A stretch of 64,000 nt of DNA, taken from the NCBI GenBank assembly GCA_008632985.1, contig QPGO01000071.1:297516-361515 (forward strand). The letters run 5' to 3'. Of the stretch, positions 1 to 11,404 are shown piece after piece. A program made the position numbers and the translations under genes. The first letter of the stretch is position 1; the number at the start of each line of letters is the position of its first letter. The notes beneath the pieces were generated by a model that saw nothing but the letters and a program-made list of their open reading frames with translations, did not search any database and had not been told where the DNA came from. The DNA comes from Psammoneis japonica (Eukaryota).

Positions 1-737
1 CAGTGGCCCTCTGCCACTGCGGCAGAGCTGCTAGAGCAGAGAGCCAACTGATGACTTCCCTGTAAAAGCCAGACAGATGACATGCTCAAGTGCCGCATTT
101 CCCGTGCAGGCACTTGCACCCACTGCATGTTCAACATGGCGTGCAGCTGTGAAGTGTAAAGGTCATCAAGCCAACACTTGTACTTCGTAACCACTAGATA
201 TAACTATCCACACAATTTTGTAGCTCATGCTCTGGGTCAACAGGGAAAGTAACTCGTTTTAGATGGCCACAGTTAAAACGAATGACAACTGCTGCATCAG
301 CAGGGAAGTGAGATAGTTTCTTCTATGCGTCTAGAGAGAAGGAGCCTAGCGGTGCGAGCTGTCAAATGCACCGTCCTAGAGAGCATCTCACTACAACGAA
401 ACCGTGCTGATTTGACATCACTGTCTGTTGAACCAGTCTACCCGCACTTTCTGACTAGCTAGTAGCGTATCCATATAACAGGGACAGAGACGGCGCACAG
501 AAGAAATCCAAGGTGACGTCTGTGTAACTATGCTTCTATACGTGAAAATAGTAACATCTGCATATCGCCCGAGCCGAGTGGTGACGAATGGTTATCTGTC
601 GCTACTTCTCATAACGCCACGACCACCATCCTGCGCAAGTCTATGCTCCTCTTTCTTTCATACGCATTAAAAACAAAAGGATTAAAAAGAAAATTCTCCA
701 CCCAAAACAACATAGCTTGCAGCAAATCACAACGTTG

Positions 738-2216
738 CTACTCGAAATAGTGCGCTCTGTTGCAAACCCACCCATCTTCGGAAGGATCCACAATTGCGCA
801 CATTTTCCAGAGGTGACGCGAGCACAGGGTCTCCCAGCCAGAAACATGTTCCTTTGGCGATTCTCGTTCTTCCTCAGAATCGATCGAGTCACAGCTGCTC
901 TGGCTTAGCGTGCTTGGAGTATCGTGGCTTGCACCATCGTCTCCAACGGGGTCGTCTTTGTAACACGCATTCCAGGATGTAAATCGTCTCTTTAGAAAGC
1001 GTTTGTTTTGGGAAATCGGAACTTGTACCTTTCTCGGAATGTCCTCTTGCCTTCGTTTCTTTGGCAATACGGATCGCTTGATCTGTGGAGGAAGGACCGG
1101 CAGTTCCTCGACATTCTTGTCGGGCTTGGACTCGATTGCATGAGAAAGCTCAGGAGCGGCGTCTACATGATCTTTCTTCTTGCTCGACAGGAGCTTCTTC
1201 TTTGACTTGCGAACGTCGGGCAGAACCTTGGTAATAGCGGCAGGCTTCTTGGCCGTTGGACTGTTCGGTTCATCGAGGGGAAAGGTACGAAACTTATGTT
1301 TGGAGTGGGAGGGGCGTAACGCGTTTGGAGAGAGGGAACGTCGCGTCTTCCTTCGTCGTTTGCCTTCCTTCATGTCCTCCGGATAAGGGTTGGTTTCGGG
1401 AAGAGGGTGGTACATTACGGCATTTCTCGAAGATTTCTCATTTTGGGGTTTTGTGAGGAGTTCCTTTTCTGGAGGCAGCACTGAACGCTTTGACAGCGTT
1501 TTTTTCGATGATTTTTTGGACTGCTTAACGGACCTCTTTTTGGAATGCGTTGGAAAGACGACAGCCTGAGGCTTTGGTCGACTGTCCCAATTTACTGAAG
1601 TGTTCGAACGGCCCTTGGTTTTCTTTGGGCTGGGGAGATCCTCCACTTCGTCCTCTTCAGCACATTCAGGGATAGGAGAAGACGCAATAACTACTTCTTG
1701 CTCCTCTTTTGGTCTCAGAGGGCTGCTTCTGGACAAGGCAAGCGAGGAACCGAGCGAGCCCTCGTCGAGATCTGGTGCGTAGGGGTCGTGCCGAATGGCT
1801 GCATCTGATGCAAAAGTTGCATCCGACTTTACGGCTGGGGTCTCATCTTCTTTCGTCTTTTCTGCAACGGGCTCTATTGCTGGCTCTTGCTTTGGACCCT
1901 CCGCTTCATCAAAGGGAGCAGGCACAGCAGGTGGCTCTCCAATAGCTGTTGCGGCGATGTGTTGATCATCGTGCCGATCATCGCTGATCGTTTTCTTCCA
2001 GCTCTTGTAGGCTTTTCGTTGCTCGTCAAACTTTTCAGGTTTTGTCCACGTTGTCTTCTTTGTCAACCGGTGAAAATAATATAGCCTACCCGTACCGTCG
2101 TCCTTCACAGCCTTCCACTCGGGCTTGGGCGGAGTCTCTTCCATTGTCGCTGCTAGCGCCAACTCCTCTGTATCACCGGTGGCACAGCCCGATGACAATG
2201 GCGATAAATTCCACAT
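738..2216 (-). CDS. WW-domain protein with long low-complexity Lys/Pro/Ser/Glu region
   Basis: 492-aa ORF; N-terminal PEWKAVKDDGTGRLYYFHRLTKKTTWTKP matches the WW consensus (W...GRxYY.N/H..T..T.W..P); alternative start ATG at 2144. Confidence 0.8.
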   Translation of the reverse strand: MWNLSPLSSGCATGDTEELALAATMEETPPKPEWKAVKDDGTGRLYYFHRLTKKTTWTKPEKFDEQRKAYKSWKKTISDDRHDDQHIAATAIGEPPAVPAPFDEAEGPKQEPAIEPVAEKTKEDETPAVKSDATFASDAAIRHDPYAPDLDEGSLGSSLALSRSSPLRPKEEQEVVIASSPIPECAEEDEVEDLPSPKKTKGRSNTSVNWDSRPKPQAVVFPTHSKKRSVKQSKKSSKKTLSKRSVLPPEKELLTKPQNEKSSRNAVMYHPLPETNPYPEDMKEGKRRRKTRRSLSPNALRPSHSKHKFRTFPLDEPNSPTAKKPAAITKVLPDVRKSKKKLLSSKKKDHVDAAPELSHAIESKPDKNVEELPVLPPQIKRSVLPKKRRQEDIPRKVQVPISQNKRFLKRRFTSWNACYKDDPVGDDGASHDTPSTLSQSSCDSIDSEEERESPKEHVSGWETLCSRHLWKMCAIVDPSEDGWVCNRAHYFE

Positions 2217-2791
2217 TGCTGCTCTCTGTTATTCACCTGGTATAAGGGCTTTGTTGCAAAGCTGCAAAGCATCAAAACAAAGAAAGTCACCTCGGTTAGT
2301 TACAGCAAAGTCCAGCTTGTTATTATGAGTTTTGACACGTCGTAAAAAATGTGGACCGCGCGCAAATCCGCCCGGCGACTCAAAATTTTTCGAAATAGCT
2401 ACAGTATGAGAAAAATAGTGCGTGACGATTAAAGGCCTAAAATATTTGACCCTCATGCTTGAATAAGTTCATAAGAATTTTCCGTATTTATTATATTTCC
2501 GTTCAAAAATATTTCAAATAAAAAACTTATTATTCGTTTGATACTGTAGTCACACTTCAATCAATTTTATACAAGTTAGTAATCTTTTTTAATATCATCC
2601 GTTACAAAGGAAATTTATTAAGATTTGAAGATGTTTTTTGTTACACACAAACGAGTGTAGGTTGTCACAATGTGATTTTGTATGGGGAATTCGGCACTTA
2701 TGTTGCCGTAAAAAGCATGGAAGCTTGAATGCATCATTTTGAATTTGGCGGGAACAACCGCTGCCAGCAACCGATCGGTTGCGGACTGTTT

Positions 2792-2960
2792 CGATTGCGC
2801 TGCCACTGCTGCTGCTTTGGTTGGCTTGCTCTCCTTGTGTTGATGGGTTCCAACCCAAACTCGTTCCAAATCTCATTGTTTGCCATCCACTGCAGTTTGT
2901 TCTGTTTTCAAACAACTTGCAGCAAGTCTCCGGGCACTGCTGCTCTGCTTGACAACAGCT
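2792..2960 (-). pseudogene. Decayed partial copy of the gene at 8236-9128
   Basis: Aligns with 8581-8745 (TTGATGGGTTCCAA..ACTCGTTCCAAAT..ATCCACTGC.GTTTGTT..TTCAAACAACTT.CA.CAAG); contains frameshifts plus TA->TG and CG->CA/TG changes. Confidence 0.8.
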
Positions 2961-4656
2961 TTGGAGTGGCCAGAAAGCAGAAAGAGTTGTGGGCAATGCC
3001 GCGCATTTCTTTGGCCTCTGCACAGCACCTCCAACAACAGCTTTTCTTGCAGTGTGTGGCCACAGGAGTGGCTTAACCTGGAGCTCCAAACATGTGACCA
3101 ACTGGCTCTGCCCCAGCCAAGTTCATCCTGGAGGAGGAGAGCTCAGAGGAGCTGGTGACACCAGCGAGCTGCAGGACGGCTGATGTGGACAGATCACAGA
3201 CCGCAGAAGCAGCAAGCTTCCAGTGAAGCTCACAATGCCTTCACAACAAGACAGGCCATGAGCAGCAACATGCTTGCCTCTGTGTGGTGCAGCCCAAAAA
3301 GCAAAGGTTGCAGGCTCAACTCCTTGACTGTGTGGGCTGCATGGCTTGTTGCACAAAAACATTTGCAAATCCTTGTCCCAGAGGTGCTGGGCTGTTTCTC
3401 TTGCTGCAGATTTGCACAAGGCCAGGGCTGCATGCACAGATTCCTTTTTGTTGCATGCTGGGCAGCAACCACGGAAGCACCATTTGCCGTTTTGCTGCGA
3501 TGTTGTCGCCAGTGTCTCGTGCACCATTGCAAGTCTCCATGCCAATTGTCTGGACTTGTTGGATTTTTTGTTTGAGGGCATTTGCAGTGCACTCACAAAG
3601 AAAAGTGCAGATTTTCTAACACTTCAATGGCTTAAAAACAGCAGCATCATGCAAACAAATCAGCTGATGCCACCATGAAAAAGCATGCAGCCTCGCATGT
3701 TGCTTGCACTGAATCTGTTTTTTGTTTGCATGGGCAGTTGATGCAAGTGCCCAAAATGCCTCCAAAGGAAAAAGCAAGCATGCTGGTTGCCTGCTGACTG
3801 AAGCACCAAAAAGTCAAGCATGAGAAAAATGAAAAACAAGCAAGAGCTGTTTCTAAGAAATGCAATGCTTGGCCTGCATTCTGTCAGATGAGCAAGACGA
3901 CCAATTGCTGGGCTTGTTCCCTTTCACATGGCAACTTGACCGGTTTGTCCACACCCTCCATCTCCAGCAATGGTTTGGTGTGCCTGATTGCTTGAGAAAG
4001 GAAGAGGGTCAACAAAAAAGAAGTCAAAACTGAGATTTTGATTGAGAGCTGGGCATGTGATGCTGCATTGGTGGACATGACAAAGAGCAAACCTCAATGT
4101 AAAGCACAGCAGAGCAGCTGAGCAAGATGCTCTGAAGTGACATGTGCAAAAAGGTGCCACAGGAAGAGCTCTGTGCCACAGTTTGTCAGAGTTGTCCAAA
4201 CATGCTCCAGAGTGTGGGAGTTTTAATTTGTGAATGGTGACCCACACAGCGCAAACAGCTCATGGCATCACAATGGTGCTGAGACCCAAAACCAGCCTGA
4301 AAAACATTTGGCATCCTCTGCATGGAGCATTGTTCTCTCATGGCCCAAACATTGGTGACACCTCCTCTTCACCACAGCAAACAACATGCAGCATTGTGCG
4401 ACAATGGCTTGCAGGGCTTGCAGTGCTCTGATTTTGAAAAATGTCACGGCACAGCCTGGCTCAACATTTTGCCAGTGAAGAGTGTGCTGCCCCTGTCTTT
4501 GGAGCAGCAGTGGAAGAGAAATTGTCTCCAATTGCTTGTGCCCACACACCTGCCAAAAAATGTTTTTCAACCCTGCTGACTCCAAATCTCAAGAAAAATG
4601 CTTGTCCAGGAAATGTTGAAGCCGACCCCAGTTTGACCATGTGACCCCCACCTCTT

Positions 4657-5060
4657 GGGGGGCACATTCCAGCTCCAGGTGAGACCTTGCACTGCTGGGC
4701 TGCATGTGACATGAGAGTTTTTTGTCTTTCACCACACTCTACATGCACACACTTCTTCCATGTGTGCACTCTTCTGCAAAATTGCTGCATGCTCTCTCTT
4801 TCACAAAGCCAAAGGCTTTGTTGTGACCATTTGTGAGAACAAAAATGGGCTGGGCATTTGCTTCAATGTCTGAAAAAAAACACCCAGGCAAACCAGAAAT
4901 TGTGCACTCCAAGCATGACGAGTGGTGAGTTCACACATTCACACCAAAGTTGCCTCTTTTTCTGTTTGCTGTCATCAGCAAATTCATCATCTGACAGCTT
5001 TCCCACAAAGGTTGCACGTGAAATTCTTTGAGCTCAATGACACACAGAGTGCCTCCAGCT
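4657..5060 (+). repeat. Dispersed non-coding repeat, copy 1
   Basis: Core GTGACATGAGAGTTTTT..TTCTGCAAAATTG..CAAAGCCAAAGGCTTT..CTTCAATGTCTG shared with 29350-29720 (+) and 31030-31210, 31245-31418 (-). Confidence 0.7.
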
Positions 5061-6185
5061 TGTGCCAGAGTGTGTCTTTGGCATCCCTCAAGTTGGAAGA
5101 AGGCACACATGTTGTGTGTTGTGGAGCATTGGAGTGATTGGGGAGACTCAAATGACCCATCACGTGGCCCTTTTGCTTGCTCCTTGCAATCAAGGTCTGC
5201 TCCTGACAGGCCTCATGCTCTTTTTGAGTTTCTGACTTGGTCTCTGAGTTGAATGCAACAGAGGAGGATCCAGCTGCAGTGCGGCAGCAGGCAGGATTTG
5301 CAAGTGCTCGTGCGCAGCTTCTAACTTCTTTTTGTCTGTCACTGCTGCTGGCATGCAGATGTGTGTCATCTCCCAAAATGTCTGTTGCTGTTTTTTCTGT
5401 TCCTTGACGCATTGTTGTGACCAGCATGTCTGTGAGTCAATGAGCTGCACTGCTGTTCTTGCTTTTGTTGAGAAAACCGTCGCCAATCTGCGGCCCCGAT
5501 GACCTGATTTTGCCTCCACAAAATTGACGTCTGGGTGGACCAACACATTGCACCAGACTTGCTGTGCAAACAAACGGCAGATGCAGTGCAAATGAGAGTG
5601 AGATGGCATTTTTCGTGACAATGGTGTGCACTCCTGGCATTTTCAAGAGAACAAGCCAGCGAAGTCATGCGCGCAAGAAGTCGACACTGTTGATTGCGAG
5701 GGCAGCACTGGTTTCCTCAAATGAAAGATTCTGCCAGTCTGGACAACGGTCACGGACTTCCAATGGTGCACATCATTCACAGCCACAAGCAGCGGTGTGG
5801 ATGGAGTGCTCTGTTGTCTCTGCGTTGTTTGTGCTGTAATGTAATGGGTCATGGGTCTTGCTTTGCTGTTACATTTTTGTGTGTGTTTGTTTTTCCCTCT
5901 TTTTGCAAAAAAAAATCTGCGAATCTTCTCAAGATCTTTCTGTAGAATTTTTTGGATTTGCCGGCGGGAGGTCCACACAATGGTTTTCGTTGTTCGAACT
6001 CTCCCCCTTCCAGTTGCATTTCTCGGTTCCCTGCAGCTTCCGGCTTGCTGGCTGCTTCAGTGTCGTAAGTCGATGTCGTGTGCTGTCGTAGTTGGCTCTT
6101 TGTGTTTTTTGTTGAAGCAACATCTAAAGAGCTCTAGATTTCTGGTCTTGATTCTCTTTTGCATATTCCCACCGCAAAAGGCGCA

Positions 6186-7132
6186 ATGTCGGCCAATCAA
6201 TCCATCCAGCGTACCAACGATGGGGTACGTTTCCCGCCACTAACGGCGAAAGAGAAAACGGGTAGTGTGACGCAAACGGCGGCACACACCATGGAGGATG
6301 CGGTGGGCACGGACAAAGCCGCCATGTTTGGGGTGCTGTGTTGGGAGCCCCACGAGCAGTCGTCGTCCTCGGAGGATAATACCGCCAGCTCACCCTCGGA
6401 TGAATTGTCGGACGACACTACAAAGCCCAGAGGCTTCTGGGCACAACTGGAAGCCATGCCAGGGAATATCATGAATGAAAAGGCGTTCTCGTTTCCTGTG
6501 GTGAGGGAACGTGTTCCGGAGCCAACTTTGAGACGGTGGTTCAGAACGTCACACCGCATGTGCGAGAGAGCTTTGTCTCGGTGGCGCGGCGCATGGAGGC
6601 TGAGGGCGCCTCCGCGATAACCACAAGCTGCGGCTTTAATTGCATTTATCAAAATGATTTGGCTAGCGCTGTCACCATTCCAGTGTTCACATCGAGTCTT
6701 TTGCAAGTGACCCTGGCCAAGGCGATCGTCGGTCCCTCCGGAGAAGTTGGAGTCATTACAGCCGACTCAGACAAGCTGAGCAAGGAACACTTGCGCGCCT
6801 GTGGGGTGACGGACGACCATTCCGTTCGCGTTGCCGGCATTGAGAATACAGGCGAATTTTTGAAACGAAATGAAGACGAACCTGTGGTAGATCCAGACAA
6901 ATTTATCGCTGAGGTTGTGGAAACTACCGAAAACTTGTGCAAGCGGTACCCCCGTATAAGGGCTATTGTGTTGGAGTGCACAGATCTTCCGCCGTCCTCA
7001 GAGGCGATTCGCAAGAGGTTACGGCTGCCGGTGTTTGACATACTTACTTTGGCGAACTACGTGCACAGCGCAGTTGGTGACTGCATGGATGGTGAACCCA
7101 ATGTGTCGAAACAGCAACGGGCTGAAAATTAG
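6186..7132 (+). CDS. Asp/Glu/hydantoin racemase family protein (1-bp frameshift at about 6518, likely assembly error)
   Basis: PGNIMNEKAFSFPV, AITTSCGF, PVFTSSLLQ, AIVLECTDLPP and LPVFDI motifs; adding one G to CCGGA restores VPGANFETVV and joins ORFs 6159-6620 and 6536-7132. Confidence 0.8.
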
Positions 7133-8235
7133 TATCCCGGCTGGTGCGCAGCGAGAGATGGTTTTGTGTTGCTTCACTTCTCTACCGTCCTCCCTTTCAA
7201 GTGGCTAGAGTGCTTGATTTTGCACTTACGGTTTGCAATCATGAAAAACTTGCCGCCGTAGCTAGCTAGAAGTAAATGCAGGTTCGGGCTGAAAGTTTAC
7301 AACTACAAAAAAGTTGTTTTAACAAAGAAGGCATTACGGCGGCTTTGTTCAATATACTTCTAGTCTACGCAGTATGCACTGCATATGTCTTTGAAGACGA
7401 ACTACCACGAGCAATTCATCGCCAGTCTGACAGCTTCTGCTGAATGGTTGCGCTGATTGCCACTACGGTAGACTACTTGAGGTTCTGGATCCTTACCGTA
7501 TTACCCGTCACAGCGAGTTCTGCAATGGATGCTTTCAACGGCAGCAAGTACTTTACGGCTACAGTGCTACTCGGCTGGGGCCCGAGGAGACACGTGCAAA
7601 CTGAACTCTCTCTGCAAATCTTCGCAGCGATTTCCAGCCCAGCAGCCCTGCGTCGCGAACAAGAGTATTCATTAGAAATTCTCCCCGCTGTCAGCCTTGG
7701 TCTCTCAAAATCGGACCAAACTGTATGTAGAGGAGCTCTCTCTGACCGGTACGAGCCTACTCTCTAGAGCTATGGTACACGGGTATGACTGAATGCCGGT
7801 AGCTCGCTCTGCCTCTTGGACTCATGATTCCAAACCACTCTACTCTAGAGAATAGGCTTTCACAGCATGTACAGCTTGTGCCGATACAATTGGTATACAT
7901 TTACACGCACTTTTGCGCATGACACACAGAGCGAGCTTGTGTCATTTTCGTTTTGTTGCTGTTTGGCTTATTGATCGGTTCCTCACAAAATAATAGCACA
8001 ACCAATGACGGACCGCACAAGTTGTAAGTGACACCAAAGTATTACTACAGGGAAAATATATCGTTCCTTCAGGAGTAATTGTGTGGAGTATAGGTACGCT
8101 TTCCTGAGAAGAAGAAAGCCACTGTATTGACTCAATCCTGATTATTCTACCGTCCTTGTTTGATATAAAGTGCTGCGGCGACTCCACGCACAGTTTTGTA
8201 GAGAACCAACGCACCAAACCTTAGGCACAACTCTC

Positions 8236-9128
8236 TTACTTTCCGCCGCCCCGTCCGCCTCGTTTTCGTGGGGTTTGCCCCGCTTTGCGTCCACGTCCAC
8301 CTCGCGGTGCACCCAAGACACCCGACATTGCGGTTTTTACCGATCCTCCAGCAGCAACTTTGCGAACCTTGTTGCCCTTGTTGTTGGCCGGTGCTTTTTT
8401 GCGAAGCTTGCGCTTTTTTGGCTGCGTGACAGCGGCGAGTGAAGAATCTCCGTCCTCTTCGTCTTCTTCGGCTTGTTCTTCATCCTCATCATTATCCTCC
8501 TCCTCTTCATCTTCATGATTTTCCTCCTCATCCGTGGCATTGTCACTCGACACTTCCACCGCATGTGACCCGTGATTGTTCGATTGCACTGCTGCCGCCG
8601 CTGCTTTGGCTTGCTGCCTAGCTCGCTCCTTGATGGGTTCCAATCCACACTCGTTCCAAATATCGTCATTCACAATCCACTGCGGTTTGTTTTGTTCAAA
8701 CAACTTACAACAAGCCTCGACGTGTTGCTCTACTACACAGCCATTATAGGACGGCAACATCAAGGTTTTGCTGTACTGTTGAATAGCAGTCCGCGCCGCT
8801 TGTTCGTATGCTTGCAGCTGAGAATTGTGCAATTCTTCAATTTGTTTCTGAAAAATACAATAAGAAGCATATGATTATCAATCATATTCATTAAAAAGAC
8901 AGGTCTCTCGACGCATTAGACACGTACCGACACGAGACGTGCACCGTTGTTGTTGTTTCGTTTCTGCTGCTTCAACACGACTTTTTGTGCGGCTTGATAT
9001 GATGAAAGCAAATCGTCATGCAGGAGCGGAACGCTGGAAGCGTGACATGACAGTAGTGGTGACAAGTACGCGTCGAGGGCTTCGTGGAGAAGTGTATTGT
9101 TGTTATTAGTAGTCATGGTGTTGTTCAT
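8236..9128 (-). CDS. Hypothetical nuclear protein with acidic tract and basic RGG/AT-hook-like tail; 2 exons (intron 8848-8927)
   Basis: GTACGT...TTTTCAG 80-nt phase-0 intron joins ORF 8916-9128 to ORF 8236-8832; EDEEEEDNDEDEE tract; PKKRK NLS-like; PRGGRGRK/PRKRGGRGG tail. Confidence 0.7.
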
Positions 9129-9230
9129 GCGCTTGGTGGTCTTTGTTATCCGCTATCCGCGACGGCAACGAAAACTGAATCGAAAAAGAAAAAAACAAAG
9201 ACATCGCTCGGTTTTGATGCGTGTTGTGAT

Positions 9231-9263
9231 GCACGGCTGCGGACGCCGTACGGACGGTCATCA
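9231..9263 (+). repeat. 33-bp direct repeat, left copy
   Basis: GCACGGCTGCGGACGCCGTACGGACGGTCATCA; matches 11163-11195 with 1 mismatch. Confidence 0.9.
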
Positions 9264-9299
9264 TGATGCGCCGCCGCGCGCGCGCGCTGTTAGCTGCAT

Positions 9300-11020
9300 T
9301 TTGCTGGCTGCCTGCTCTCTACAGCGGCTGTCGATCCGTCAACACAACACAATGTAATGCATGTGCAGGTGACATGATGTGAGGACAATCTGACATGTTG
9401 CCAGAAACTGCCAGTCTGTGTCAAAGCAAGTCTGACGCAACCTCTCAAGAGTGGTGAGAGAGCTGCTGCCCCCAGCCATCGCTGGAGTGCTTCTGCACCA
9501 CATGACACAATGACGACACAGGCCATGCTGGCTCCACAGTGCACGGCGGGCTGCTGGGATTGTGGGTCACTGTGCTCCAGGTGGATGCCAGAGGTTGGCC
9601 AATGCTCTCACCTGTTGCTGGGGTCAAGGAGGAATGCATGCTGCTGGAGCACAGATCATTCAAGAGGTGCGGCGACACATGGGGCCACAGGCTGCTGCTT
9701 CTTTGGTGGCTGGGGCTCATGATGGCTGACAGCCATGGCTGAAATGGTGCGGTTGCAGTCAATGCAGCAAGCAGTTGAAGACAACAACACTTGAAAGGTT
9801 TGCAGCCCAGGTGCTGCACCATGGAAAAGAGCAACAATGCAAAGGTTGCGCTCGATGTTTGGAAACAATTTCCACCTCTTGCTTTGTCCACAAAGAGTTT
9901 CCAACTTGTGGCAGTCTGTCCTTCACAAGTCATGTGGCTGAGCAAAAGATCTGGGATCCCCACAGCTCAGATCACAGATCACAACACAAACCTGTGAAGC
10001 ATTGCATCCATGACCACGACCATGAGCTGCAACATCAGACAGATGACAAAAAAGAATGCTGCAGGCATGGAGAATGCCTTGAAGAACAGAGGCAGCACCT
10101 TGAGGACGACAAGGATGACATGTGGTTTGACTTGATCAATGATGAGATTGCAAAGAATCTGTCCATGCTGCACTTTTAGATCTTCAACCATTGCCACCAG
10201 AATTGCAGATTCTTCCAAATGAAAAAATCCTTTTTTGTGGCATTTGAGAAAGAGATGGGGCAAAGTGAAGGGTCCCATCGTTGTTGGTGCACCGGCAAGT
10301 GGCTTGATTGGAACAAGATGCCTTCCAAATCCAGCGTGAAAGACACCAACAAGATCATCATTGAGGCCTGGCCTCGTGGTGCATCCGTCCCAAAGCATTG
10401 CGACAAATGCAGCAAATGAAGGGGGGGGCAACAGGAGAAGGGGATGACAGAAGAATGACGCCACAGTGTGCGTGAAAAACATGAATGTGCAGATGTGCTT
10501 CTAAATCAGAAACAGGAGCCATGTGCAATTTTCCAATTTCATCAAAACCCAGGAGACAGGCTGCTGCTGCTCCTTCATCACACAGCATTGTGAGCCGGTC
10601 TCTCAGTTGAAAATTGTGGTCTTGAGGTGGTCAAGTTTGCTTTGCGGTCTCTCAAAGGTTTCTGCTTTTGAATGATTTGCCTTCATGGACAGCAGGTTTT
10701 GCAACCATGGTGAAGTGGAAATGCAAAGCTCACAAACTCAACCCAAGCAACCATCACACTTGCTGCGTCCAGAGCAACAGCTCAAAAAGACAATCTCTTC
10801 CACCCCTTGGAGAGGTCACAAGGCTTGGGGAGAGAAATCCCCCGTCTTTCCACACTCCTCCTCTGTCGACTCTTGCATGTGGGCAGTCACAAAACTGCCT
10901 TTGCTCTGGGTTCCCGCTGCACCACGAGCTCATTTGTGATCAGTCGACAAGCACACATCTGTCAAAAATCAAAAACAAGAACATCAAACTCCTTCTCTCA
11001 GCTCTGCGGCTAGCGGCCTC
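9300..11020. other. TpA/CpG-depleted hypermutated domain 2 (island inside a divergent promoter)
   Basis: TA almost absent; contains a decayed + strand ORF at about 9960-10420; bracketed by the 33-bp direct repeat. Confidence 0.85.
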
Positions 11021-11162
11021 CTTGGGAACACCAAGTCTATTAATTTTTTTGGAAAGAACAAAGAACATGACACAGATTTGCTCGCTGTTTGATGTTGTAG
11101 ACTACAGCATGTTGTTACCGTGCATTTATGTTGTTTGTTGTGTGTTGTGTGATCTGCGTAAA

Positions 11163-11195
11163 GCACGTCTGCGGACGCCGTACGGACGGTCATCA
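11163..11195 (+). repeat. 33-bp direct repeat, right copy
   Basis: GCACGTCTGCGGACGCCGTACGGACGGTCATCA. Confidence 0.9.
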
Positions 11196-11404
11196 CGCTG
11201 GTCCGTCCGTTGTGCGCATTGGCGCGCGGAAAGGCTTTGTACTGTACGGTAAAGCTATGTACACTTGTGTTATGCACGTGGAAAGCTACGACTGTTGTAC
11301 CGAAAAGCACTCGCGGGACATTTTGCTGGCATTGTTGGAGAGAGTGCAAGAGACTGGGGGGACGAGGGGTCTGTTGGTGTTATTGAGACGACGACACGAC
11401 AACC

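Larger units (their letters stand above)
2740..5990. other. TpA/CpG-depleted hypermutated domain 1
   Basis: TA nearly absent and TG/CA excess; ORF track filled with spurious Cys/His-rich, Tyr-free ORFs; boundaries approximate. Confidence 0.85.

Noticed and set aside
5527..5550. 24-bp match to about 46348-46371 (TCTGGGTG.ACCAACA.ATTG)
   Set aside because: Similarity does not extend; plausible by chance in reduced-complexity sequence
6510..6530. Programmed ribosomal frameshift in the racemase, kinase or PEBP genes
   Set aside because: No slippery heptamer; the same 1-bp homopolymer loss in unrelated genes points to sequencing error
9231..11195. 33-bp repeat pair as a CRISPR array
   Set aside because: Only two copies 1.9 kb apart, eukaryotic context, no cas genes
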